Shown here: piece after piece, positions 19,298-27,499 of the stretch
Layout of the letters: every line of letters starts with the position of its first letter
How positions within the stretch are numbered: position 1 is the stretch's first letter
IMG/VR virus record: IMGVR_UViG_3300032293_002041
Coordinates: 62,001-126,000 of that record
DNA length: 64,000 nt
Strand: one strand, 5' to 3'
Position numbers and translations under genes: made by a program
Notes under the pieces: generated by a model
Databases searched by the model: none
Told to the model about the DNA's origin: nothing
Seen by the model: the letters and a program-made list of their open reading frames with translations, nothing else

Positions 19298-19929
19298 TTT
19301 CTTATTGTGTTACCGTATATAATGAAAGCCAAGAACTACCAAGACTAACAGACATCCTATCGACTGCTAAAAAAGAATCCGATGAGTTAGTTATAGTTCA
19401 GACATACAGAGATGAATCTGAGAAAAATACAGACTGGTATAAACTTATTGAAAAAACTAGCCAATTGTATGCTGATAAATATAGTGTTTTTCATTTTCAA
19501 AACGATTTTTCAACACTTAAAAACTATATGACTAATCAAGCATCTAATCCTTATATTTTTAATTTTGATGCTGACGAAGAAATGCAGATAAGTATTATTG
19601 AAGAATTAAGAAAACATATCCTAGAAAATGATATAGACTTGTATTATTTACCAAGAATCAATATTGTCGATGGATTAACAGAAGAAGATATAAAAAACTG
19701 GTCTTGGAAAATAAATGAAAAAGGATGGATAAATTGGCCAGACTACCAGCCAAGGATTTACAAAAATAATAACTTAATACGCTGGATTGGATTGGTGCAT
19801 GAGCACCTAGAGGGATTTAAATCTAGTGCCGCTATTTCAGACGATGGTAGAGTAGCTATTTTGCATAGAAAACACATAAATAAACAAAGAAGTCAAAATT
19901 CATTCTATAAAAATATGGATAAAAAATAA
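19294..19929 (+). CDS. Glycosyltransferase GT2-like
   Basis: TVYNE, FDADE (DxD), WPDYQPRIY, W.G.VHE. Confidence 0.85.
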   Translation: MISYCVTVYNESQELPRLTDILSTAKKESDELVIVQTYRDESEKNTDWYKLIEKTSQLYADKYSVFHFQNDFSTLKNYMTNQASNPYIFNFDADEEMQISIIEELRKHILENDIDLYYLPRINIVDGLTEEDIKNWSWKINEKGWINWPDYQPRIYKNNNLIRWIGLVHEHLEGFKSSAAISDDGRVAILHRKHINKQRSQNSFYKNMDKK

Positions 19930-20798
19930 TGTTCATGAATATTAAGGTTTACGGAGCTAAACAATATTGGTGTCAAGCCCCTCGTATAATGCAGGGGTTT
20001 GCTGGCTTAGGTCACAATGTCGGCCCCGCAGATAAGTATGATTTTGTATATGCTAATAACTTTCCTTATTCATCGAGAGATCCAGACTATCAAGACTGTG
20101 CATTAGATAATGACGTATTCAAAATATTTAATGTGTTAGATATTCCTACGCACATTAGTAGTTTCCCAATAGATCAGCTCAAGGATGAGTTATCCCATGC
20201 GTCGATAGTTACCTGCATTAGCGAGCCAGTCAAAAAACAACTACATGAAATTATAGGTATTGATGCCTATGTTATTGATAATCCAATTAAAGATATTTTT
20301 TATGACTCCTCTATAACCAAAGATATCAATTGTTTGTATGTTGGAAGAGCCACAGACCCAGTTAAAAGAACACACTTACTTGAACCACTATTTGAAGAAA
20401 TTATTTCTGTTGGCCCATTTGGTGGTATTGGTCATAATCTTGGAATGGTAAATGACGTTAACTTAAATCAACTCTATAATAGAGCTAAAATTGTACCATT
20501 ACCTTCTAGTTTTGAAGGACTAGGATTAACAGCCCTAGAAGCAATGGTATGTGGAGCTGTGCCTATTGTTTGTTCAGACAATCCCAATTCCGAATTATGT
20601 CCAGAGTTTTGTATTTGTGATCCTACCAAAGAATCAATATCAAATAAATATCAAGAAATATTGAATAATTTTGAAGAATACAATAAATATATAATGCTTT
20701 ATTGCAGTAATCAAATTCAACACAGATTTTCTAAGTTTCAAATTGCTAAAAATATTTTAAATCTACATAAGTTTTATACAGAAAAAACTAAATTATGA
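19929..20798 (+). CDS. Glycosyltransferase GT4-like
   Basis: YVGR, LYNRAKIVPLPSSFEGLGLTALEAMVCG (EX7E). Confidence 0.85.
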   Translation: MFMNIKVYGAKQYWCQAPRIMQGFAGLGHNVGPADKYDFVYANNFPYSSRDPDYQDCALDNDVFKIFNVLDIPTHISSFPIDQLKDELSHASIVTCISEPVKKQLHEIIGIDAYVIDNPIKDIFYDSSITKDINCLYVGRATDPVKRTHLLEPLFEEIISVGPFGGIGHNLGMVNDVNLNQLYNRAKIVPLPSSFEGLGLTALEAMVCGAVPIVCSDNPNSELCPEFCICDPTKESISNKYQEILNNFEEYNKYIMLYCSNQIQHRFSKFQIAKNILNLHKFYTEKTKL

Positions 20799-21388
20799 TA
20801 ACTTACTCAGATGCGTATCAAGATGTTTTTGTTTTAAAACTTTTCAATACTATTGGATACTATTTAGATATAGGATCCTCTGATGGTGTTACGAAGAATA
20901 ATACACTATTGCTAGAACAAAACGGGTGGTCGGGATTACTGTTTGATTATAATGAAAGCCACATACAGACAGCACAACAGACAAGAAATAGTAAAGCATT
21001 TCTGTGTGATTTATCTCAACCAGAAATTCTGTCCAATATTCTAGATAAAGAAAACTGTCCAGAAACTATCGATTATATATCATTAGATATTGACGATGCA
21101 AGCCTTATCTCTCTCAAGCACTTTCCATTGCATAGATATAGGTTTAAATTTTTAACTTTTGAGCACGACATCTATGCTCAGAGACCAGAATGCATAGCTC
21201 GTAAAAATATAACACCTGTTCTTCTTGATAAATTTGGATATGTTAAGATCGCAGATAATGTGACATGCAATGACCTACCCTACGAAGACTGGTATATAGA
21301 TCCACAATATTTTGATATCAACAGATTTACTGACATTATTAATCAAACTAACTTATCTTATCAAGAAATCTACAAGAGACTCAAATAA
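20795..21388 (+). CDS. FkbM-like methyltransferase
   Basis: QDVFV, GYYLDIGSSDG, NNTLLLE..GWSGL, IDYISLDID, TFEHD. Confidence 0.75.
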   Translation: MITYSDAYQDVFVLKLFNTIGYYLDIGSSDGVTKNNTLLLEQNGWSGLLFDYNESHIQTAQQTRNSKAFLCDLSQPEILSNILDKENCPETIDYISLDIDDASLISLKHFPLHRYRFKFLTFEHDIYAQRPECIARKNITPVLLDKFGYVKIADNVTCNDLPYEDWYIDPQYFDINRFTDIINQTNLSYQEIYKRLK

Positions 21389-21457
21389 TGAAGATAAAAA
21401 CCTTAACAACAATCAACACATATACAGTATTACTAAAAATATTCTAAACTTATACTC

Positions 21458-22108
21458 ATGAATAATAACTATTATAATTTTTTCGATAGACAACCAATAG
21501 AGATATATGAAAATAGTCATCAACTTAGGCTAGATTATTTTGTTGAGGATTTTAAATTAAAACAACTTAATAACTTAAGAATTGGTGATTTTGGATGTGG
21601 ATATGGAATGTTGTACAATAGACTACCTAAGGATCAAAATAATACCTTCTATGGATGGGACGGATACGACAACAAAACAGCATCAGAAGTTTGCGAATAT
21701 TTTGTTACTAATCTTGATTCAAAATTTGCAGAAATATTTCTAGAAAAAAATGCACCAATTGATATTGCCTTTTGTCTAGAAACTATAGAACACGTAACTA
21801 ACCCATACAATTTATTGTTTGAGATCAAACAAATCTTAAAGCCTGGAGGAATTTTATATGTTACTATACCACATAGTAGCATCACTCACAATACTATTTA
21901 TCCAGGATTAATTTATCCTCCAGAAAATTTTGATACCTTTTTACGACAAATGGCTTTTGAAATTATGGACAGAAGAATACACCAAGCAGCTTTCGTACAG
22001 GTAGTATATACGTTGCGTAATTTAGGATGGGATTATTCAAAAATGTTATGGCCAAAACCAGAAGAAAAATTTAAAAATATTCCTCCTCATATATTTGTTA
22101 ATATTTAG
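21458..22108 (+). CDS. Class I SAM-dependent methyltransferase
   Basis: DFGCGYG, ETIEHV, ILKPGGILYVTIP. Confidence 0.85.
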   Translation: MNNNYYNFFDRQPIEIYENSHQLRLDYFVEDFKLKQLNNLRIGDFGCGYGMLYNRLPKDQNNTFYGWDGYDNKTASEVCEYFVTNLDSKFAEIFLEKNAPIDIAFCLETIEHVTNPYNLLFEIKQILKPGGILYVTIPHSSITHNTIYPGLIYPPENFDTFLRQMAFEIMDRRIHQAAFVQVVYTLRNLGWDYSKMLWPKPEEKFKNIPPHIFVNI

Positions 22109-22161
22109 ACAAAGAATAATCAAATGTCGTTTACACACCAAAAGAAGGAGTTGTTCTATCT

Positions 22162-22698
22162 ATGACCACTATCAATAAATACGTAAGCCACCTGATAAAA
22201 ACAGAAGCTGGCAGAGACCATATATTTAAACATTGTTTGGATATGTTTAATCATAATCCAGTTAATATCCTAGAGATAGGAGCAGCTAGAGACCTATCTG
22301 ATCAAGCCAGATTTGGAGACGGATGGAGTAGTATTTTTTGGGCTAGATATATAGAACAATATGGAGGCAGACTTGATATAGTAGATATAGATAATCAAGC
22401 ACTAGAAAATTGCAAAAAATTAGTTCATGGAATTAATGCGAAAATAAACTTTTTAAATGATGACGCATATAATCATATCTCTGATAGTACATATGATTTG
22501 ATATATTTAGATGGATCAGATGATCCACAAGAGATGCTTAGGCAATTTAATAAAATAGATAGAACACAAACAGTAATTTTATGTGATGATTTTAATAGTA
22601 AGGGCTCAGCATTAAGATTAGCATATCCTGTTTTTGATTTATTTTATCTTACCGGAAGTAGATTTGAGATGGCGGTATATAATAAAGTATCAAATTGA
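22162..22698 (+). CDS. Class I SAM-dependent methyltransferase (Methyltransf_24-like)
   Basis: ILEIG, VDID, YDLIYLDG, ILCDD. Confidence 0.75.
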   Translation: MTTINKYVSHLIKTEAGRDHIFKHCLDMFNHNPVNILEIGAARDLSDQARFGDGWSSIFWARYIEQYGGRLDIVDIDNQALENCKKLVHGINAKINFLNDDAYNHISDSTYDLIYLDGSDDPQEMLRQFNKIDRTQTVILCDDFNSKGSALRLAYPVFDLFYLTGSRFEMAVYNKVSN

Positions 22699-22708
22699 AG
22701 AGCTTTTA

Positions 22709-23569
22709 ATGCAAAAAACTTTTGTAGGATTTAATCATGGGCAGTATGGTGATTTGTTCATAGGCTTAACAGCGGCCTCGGTCTTAAAACAAAAATATCC
22801 AGAGTCTAGACTCATATACTCAATTAATAAAAAGTTTTTAGATTGTAAAGAAGCATTTTTACATAGCGATAACATAGATGATATAATCATATGGAATAAA
22901 TATGACAATTGGCCAGGAGAGCAAGATGTATCAATGATACAAAATCTCATAGATATCTATGGGGAAAATTTACATGTATTTGATCCAAATGCTAAACATA
23001 AAGAAATAAACTGGTATTTATATAGACACCAGACAACAGAAAATTGTTTAATGCACAATCTTCCAGAACCATCGGAAGAACAAATGGATTTCTCATTAAA
23101 TACGCCTGGACAAATATGTAGACAAAATTATATAACAATAGCTCCTTTTACTAGTTTTGGAAGCCCGAAAAACTTAACGTATAAAATATTAGAAGAAGTT
23201 CAAAAATTTGCTTTGCAATTCAATCTTCCTATTGTCCAGCTTGGTGGACCAAATGATTCTACAATAGAAGGAGCTACAAAATTTAATGGTACATATTTTG
23301 AATCAGTTAAAGTAATGTTATCTAGTAGATTTTTAATATCGGCTGATACTGGAATGATATGGGCTGCGTCAGCATATAACCATCCAGTTATTGGGTTTTA
23401 TGGTTATTCCTTCTATTCAGGTGCTACAACTGCTATTAATTGGCAACCTAAAAATCATAATCAGATATCTATAGAATCGTACACTATAAACGACATAGAT
23501 TTATCAGACTTATATAATATTCTAGAATATGTCAATAAAACATCAATCAGAAGTAATATTATTGTTTAA
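22709..23569 (+). CDS. GT9 / ADP-heptose:LPS heptosyltransferase-like
   Basis: YGDL at N-terminus, LKQKYP, IVQLGG, ISADTGMIWAASAYNHPVIGFYG (D(S/T)G..H.A.A...P motif with H replaced by W). Confidence 0.7.
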   Translation: MQKTFVGFNHGQYGDLFIGLTAASVLKQKYPESRLIYSINKKFLDCKEAFLHSDNIDDIIIWNKYDNWPGEQDVSMIQNLIDIYGENLHVFDPNAKHKEINWYLYRHQTTENCLMHNLPEPSEEQMDFSLNTPGQICRQNYITIAPFTSFGSPKNLTYKILEEVQKFALQFNLPIVQLGGPNDSTIEGATKFNGTYFESVKVMLSSRFLISADTGMIWAASAYNHPVIGFYGYSFYSGATTAINWQPKNHNQISIESYTINDIDLSDLYNILEYVNKTSIRSNIIV

Positions 23570-23944
23570 TAATATTGTTGTAGAAATATTAGGTATCCTT
23601 GAAAAATAAATTAATGATTCTACATATTCTGACCCTATTACTTTTTTATTTGCATAGTCATCTCCAACTACCATAACTGATATGCTGTGATTTTTAATAG
23701 CTTTTATCAGAGATATTTCAGAATCAAAAACCACAACATCATCTACCCACTTAATGCTCAAAAGCATTTCTTTTCTATATATATCAGAATTAATAGGTCT
23801 ATTTAGACCCTTCATTTCATTAACCCTAGTGTCGCTATCGATACCGACTATCAATCTATCTCCTAAAGATTTAGCATATTTTAAAAGTCTAATATGCCCT
23901 ACATGTAAAATATCAAAACATCCATTGACCCATATATTTTTCAT
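23543..23944 (-). CDS. Heptose-1-phosphate adenylyltransferase (HldC/RfaE domain II-like)
   Basis: NGCFDILHVGH, LIVGIDSD, KG.NRPIN, GDDY, STT. Confidence 0.85.
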   Translation of the reverse strand: MKNIWVNGCFDILHVGHIRLLKYAKSLGDRLIVGIDSDTRVNEMKGLNRPINSDIYRKEMLLSIKWVDDVVVFDSEISLIKAIKNHSISVMVVGDDYANKKVIGSEYVESLIYFSRIPNISTTILLNNNITSD

Positions 23945-24699
23945 GGTGTGGTTACCCCAAATTTTTCTACCACCATAGAAGAACACAAATTAGCATAATT
24001 GATACTTTCATCAATATCTTTGTTTTCCAAGAACTTAACCACCAGACCAGCCATAAAAGTATCCCCTGCTCCACAAACATCTCTTACTTCTATTTTTTTT
24101 GTTGGATAGTTTTTAACGACACTACCCTCATAGAGAGTAGCTCCATTCTCTCCTTTGGTTACAATTACCCGACAATATTTACTAATATCTTCGATGTCAA
24201 CAATATTCTGCTTTAATTCTGTGCTATTAATCTTCAAAAAACTTACATATCTAATAAAATCTTTAATCTTTTTTTTTGTATCTATAAACACATAGCAGGA
24301 TTTTTTAATTTTTTTACATATGTCAATAATACTTGTTTCAGATAAAAATCCTTTACAATAGTCAGAGAATACTATAACATCATATGAGTCAAAATCATAT
24401 TGTTTAATATCGATAGGCTCACATGAATCATTGATATCTTCTCTAAATACTATAGTATTATATCTATAGTCTATAAATCTTCTTTTAATAATAGTAGTAT
24501 TATTTGTTATTAGAGTAACATCCAAATCCGAATTCATTGCTAATATATTGTTATATACATTATGTGCCATACCCATATTAGATGTTTTTTCCTCGCTGGT
24601 TTTGAAACACAGGGCGGCAGCTTCCGGGCAAACCCTGTCGCATACCCCATAAACATATTCATCTATACAAGACTCTCCTACTACAGCAATTTTATTCAT
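23941..24699 (-). CDS. Heptose-7-phosphate kinase (HldA/RfaE domain I-like, PfkB family)
   Basis: VVGESCIDEYVYG..R.CPEA, SDYCKG, VTKGENG, DVCGAGDTF. Confidence 0.85.
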   Translation of the reverse strand: MNKIAVVGESCIDEYVYGVCDRVCPEAAALCFKTSEEKTSNMGMAHNVYNNILAMNSDLDVTLITNNTTIIKRRFIDYRYNTIVFREDINDSCEPIDIKQYDFDSYDVIVFSDYCKGFLSETSIIDICKKIKKSCYVFIDTKKKIKDFIRYVSFLKINSTELKQNIVDIEDISKYCRVIVTKGENGATLYEGSVVKNYPTKKIEVRDVCGAGDTFMAGLVVKFLENKDIDESINYANLCSSMVVEKFGVTTP

Positions 24700-24988
24700 T
24701 AAAAAAACTTTCTGAATTTATTGATTTATCATCTATATACAGATCATAATGAGGTTTATTAAATAATATATTATGTCTTCTGCATCCCCAAAAGTCCAAC
24801 TGATTTTTGGTTAATTCAGACCAATCTTTACCACTCTTAGAACCTCTTGCTGTCCAGTAAACTATTTTATGTCCTTGGTCATATAGGTTGTTTATTGCTC
24901 TGATTCTGTCATACAATGGACTACTATTGTCGTAATCGCTGTTTTCTGTCAAACAGATTGTATTATCAATATCTATATAGTATATCAT
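24692..24988 (-). CDS. Small HAD-family phosphatase
   Basis: DIDNT (motif I), WTARG, KP.YD.YIDDK. Confidence 0.8.
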   Translation of the reverse strand: MIYYIDIDNTICLTENSDYDNSSPLYDRIRAINNLYDQGHKIVYWTARGSKSGKDWSELTKNQLDFWGCRRHNILFNKPHYDLYIDDKSINSESFFNE

Positions 24989-25359
24989 ATAGCTTCTATT
25001 ATTCTATAAGAATCAGAATCCTCATGAAATGTTGATATTTCTATAAAATCACAAGGATAATGTGATTGAGCAGTAAATCTGTGCGCTGTCATGGGATTAA
25101 TAGTAAAGGATTGACCCTTTTCTAAAATGATGCTTTTTACTAAGTGTTCTTCGGGATTTGCTTTCCATTCTTCTTTATCTAGTGAAGTAGAGTATTGTAG
25201 CTTTAATGTGCCACTAATAATATAAAAAGTTTCTTTTTTATTCTTGTGATAATGTACTGAACACCAGCGATTTGGAACCACATGCAAATGCTTTCCGCAA
25301 TATAAATTATTATTCTCTATCCAAATTTCATATCCCCATTTTTTTTGTACAAAATTCAT
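24985..25359 (-). CDS. Cupin sugar-isomerase-like protein
   Basis: KKWGYE, CSVHYHKNKKETFYI, AHRF, IEIST.H.DSDSYR. Confidence 0.75.
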   Translation of the reverse strand: MNFVQKKWGYEIWIENNNLYCGKHLHVVPNRWCSVHYHKNKKETFYIISGTLKLQYSTSLDKEEWKANPEEHLVKSIILEKGQSFTINPMTAHRFTAQSHYPCDFIEISTFHEDSDSYRIIEAI

Positions 25360-25444
25360 AAATATTCCTATTCTTGTTTTACTTGGCTGTTTCTCTATAA
25401 TAAAAAAAGTCAATGAACCATCTACTTAAAAATCTAATAATAAA

Positions 25445-26593
25445 ATGAATATTTCAACAATAGTGGGTCTTAAAAATAATCTAGAATACACTAAATATTT
25501 TTATACTAAATTTCGTCAACACTATCCGTCAAATGAGCTATGTTTTGTTTCCTATGGTAGTAACGACGGAACAAATGAATGGCTTGAAGATATATCAAAA
25601 ACAGATCTATATGTAAAATCCTATAGCAGCAACACCTCCCTCAGTCTGTCTGCCACATACAATAAAGGCGTAACATTAGCCACCAAAAAATATATAGTAT
25701 TTTGTCATAATGATATTGTAATAGCTAAAAATTTTTTAGAAAACATATATAAACATTTAGATAAAAACGAGGTAATTTGCTACACAGTAGTCGAGCCTCC
25801 TGTTTTTGAAAACGAACACCCAGGAAAAATTGTTAAAGACTTTGGCACTAACATAGAAAATTTCCAAGAAAAATTATTCGAATTATTCTGCGATAACGAG
25901 CAACAATTAAAAGCAAATGAAACAATCAATGGGTCTTCTTTTTTTATTGCTTTATGCAAAGACATGTTTCTAGGTATGGGGGGATTAGATACACTCTTCA
26001 ATCCGATGTTTTGCGAAGACGAGGATATGATACGAAGACTAGAGCTTATGGGAAAAACCATTAAGACATCTCTAGATGCTTTATGCTATCATTTTGTTAG
26101 CAAAACATCAAGATTCTCAACAGACTATGAAAATAATTCTAAAGAAATAGAATATCAGTCTAATAGAAACTTTATTAGAAAATGGGGATCAACAGTAAGA
26201 TGTCCATATTATACTAAATCTTTAGTAGTTAAAAATTGCGATCTTTCATTATTGGAACTTTTAGAACCATGGTGTAATAATATATATATAGAAAAAGATA
26301 AAATTAATATCTATACAGAATATCTTTCTACGGAACAAGCGTATACAAAAATTGATCTTTCTAAAAAATTGCACACCTTTCAAAATAACAACCTATTATC
26401 CGAAGACAGTATCATAATATCACTTGATGGATCAAAAATGAATGAACGATCTTTTTCAGCTATGCATCAAATACCTAATATTGTTAAAAACAATAATAAA
26501 ACTGGTATATTTAAATTAGATATCTATACTATCCAAGTTCAAAATTTACTAGAGCACCAAAATCATCTGATAAGCTGTAATAATGATATTTAA
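25445..26593 (+). CDS. Glycosyltransferase GT2-like
   Basis: GSNDGT, YNKG, FCHND, GGLDTLF.PMFCEDED, HFVSKT. Confidence 0.8.
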   Translation: MNISTIVGLKNNLEYTKYFYTKFRQHYPSNELCFVSYGSNDGTNEWLEDISKTDLYVKSYSSNTSLSLSATYNKGVTLATKKYIVFCHNDIVIAKNFLENIYKHLDKNEVICYTVVEPPVFENEHPGKIVKDFGTNIENFQEKLFELFCDNEQQLKANETINGSSFFIALCKDMFLGMGGLDTLFNPMFCEDEDMIRRLELMGKTIKTSLDALCYHFVSKTSRFSTDYENNSKEIEYQSNRNFIRKWGSTVRCPYYTKSLVVKNCDLSLLELLEPWCNNIYIEKDKINIYTEYLSTEQAYTKIDLSKKLHTFQNNNLLSEDSIIISLDGSKMNERSFSAMHQIPNIVKNNNKTGIFKLDIYTIQVQNLLEHQNHLISCNNDI

Positions 26594-27401
26594 ACATTTA
26601 TGGAAAAAAGAAAAAATAATTCCAAACCAAAAAGATCTATTAGAAAAAATAGACCTAGAAAATAAAAACTTATTAAAATTAAATCTTATTTTTCATTTTT
26701 ATTGCATAGATCATGAAAAAGTTCATTATGCTATAGCAAAATTAAAAAATGTTTTACATATTTTTAACGGATACAAAATTATTACAGTATCCTCTCCAGA
26801 TAATAAATTTCACAATAATCATATTTTTCAAAAAATAGTTGATTCATTCAAATCTTCTGATATTTATATCATACCAGTACCAAACTCTAACATACTGAAA
26901 GAATCAGAACATTTTTTTTATAGATCAGGGCCACTAATGTCTAGTCTTTTAAAAAATGATCAACATAAAAATTTCATATTTTTTGGCCATACAAAGGGAT
27001 GCAGTCATTCAGAAAAAAATTATGCAATTACCTGTTGGGTTAATACCTTGTGGAAATACAATATAGATCTATTTTATAATTTAATTAAACCACAGATAGA
27101 ATCTAATAATTACCAGTTTATCGGATGCTTAAGGACTACTAAAGATTGTTATTTTGATAGTAAGTTTCATTATTCTGGTACTTTTTTTTGGTTTGATGCG
27201 GCTATTTTACAAAACGAAAATTGGCATCAGCCTCATGATCATTTACTAAGTCTAGAAATGTGGCCAGGATTAATTTCTGATATGTCTAAATCATTATGTC
27301 TTTTTGATAGCGGAGATGGAAATAAGTATCAAAATGATCTATGGCAGAATCTGGCATTTCGCAGACAGATAGATGCTCCGCACACTGTGCCAAAACAATA
27401 A
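26583..27401 (+). CDS. Hypothetical glycan-related protein
   Basis: FGHTKG, HYSGTFFW and LEMW motifs resemble glycosyltransferase-associated proteins of glycan loci. Confidence 0.45.
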   Translation: MIFKHLWKKEKIIPNQKDLLEKIDLENKNLLKLNLIFHFYCIDHEKVHYAIAKLKNVLHIFNGYKIITVSSPDNKFHNNHIFQKIVDSFKSSDIYIIPVPNSNILKESEHFFYRSGPLMSSLLKNDQHKNFIFFGHTKGCSHSEKNYAITCWVNTLWKYNIDLFYNLIKPQIESNNYQFIGCLRTTKDCYFDSKFHYSGTFFWFDAAILQNENWHQPHDHLLSLEMWPGLISDMSKSLCLFDSGDGNKYQNDLWQNLAFRRQIDAPHTVPKQ

Positions 27402-27409
27402 GTTTTTCC

Positions 27410-27438
27410 TTTACAATACTCATCGACTATCTTAGAAT
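27410..27438 (+). promoter_or_regulatory. sigma70-type promoter upstream of nrdJ
   Basis: TTTACA (27410-15), 17 nt spacer, TAGAAT (27433-38). Confidence 0.5.
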
Positions 27439-27453
27439 ACTACATGATCACAC

Positions 27454-27461
27454 GGTGTATA
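27454..27461 (+). promoter_or_regulatory. GGTGTATW motif
   Basis: Intergenic GGTGTATA upstream of ATG 27500. Confidence 0.5.
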
Positions 27462-27499
27462 TCAGAACAACAGCTTATTCATAATCTCTAGGAGACAAA

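Noticed and set aside
21388-21447. 19-aa ORF MKIKTLTTINTYTVLLKIF
   Set aside because: Too short to support; the other frame is better explained as a glycosyltransferase relic.
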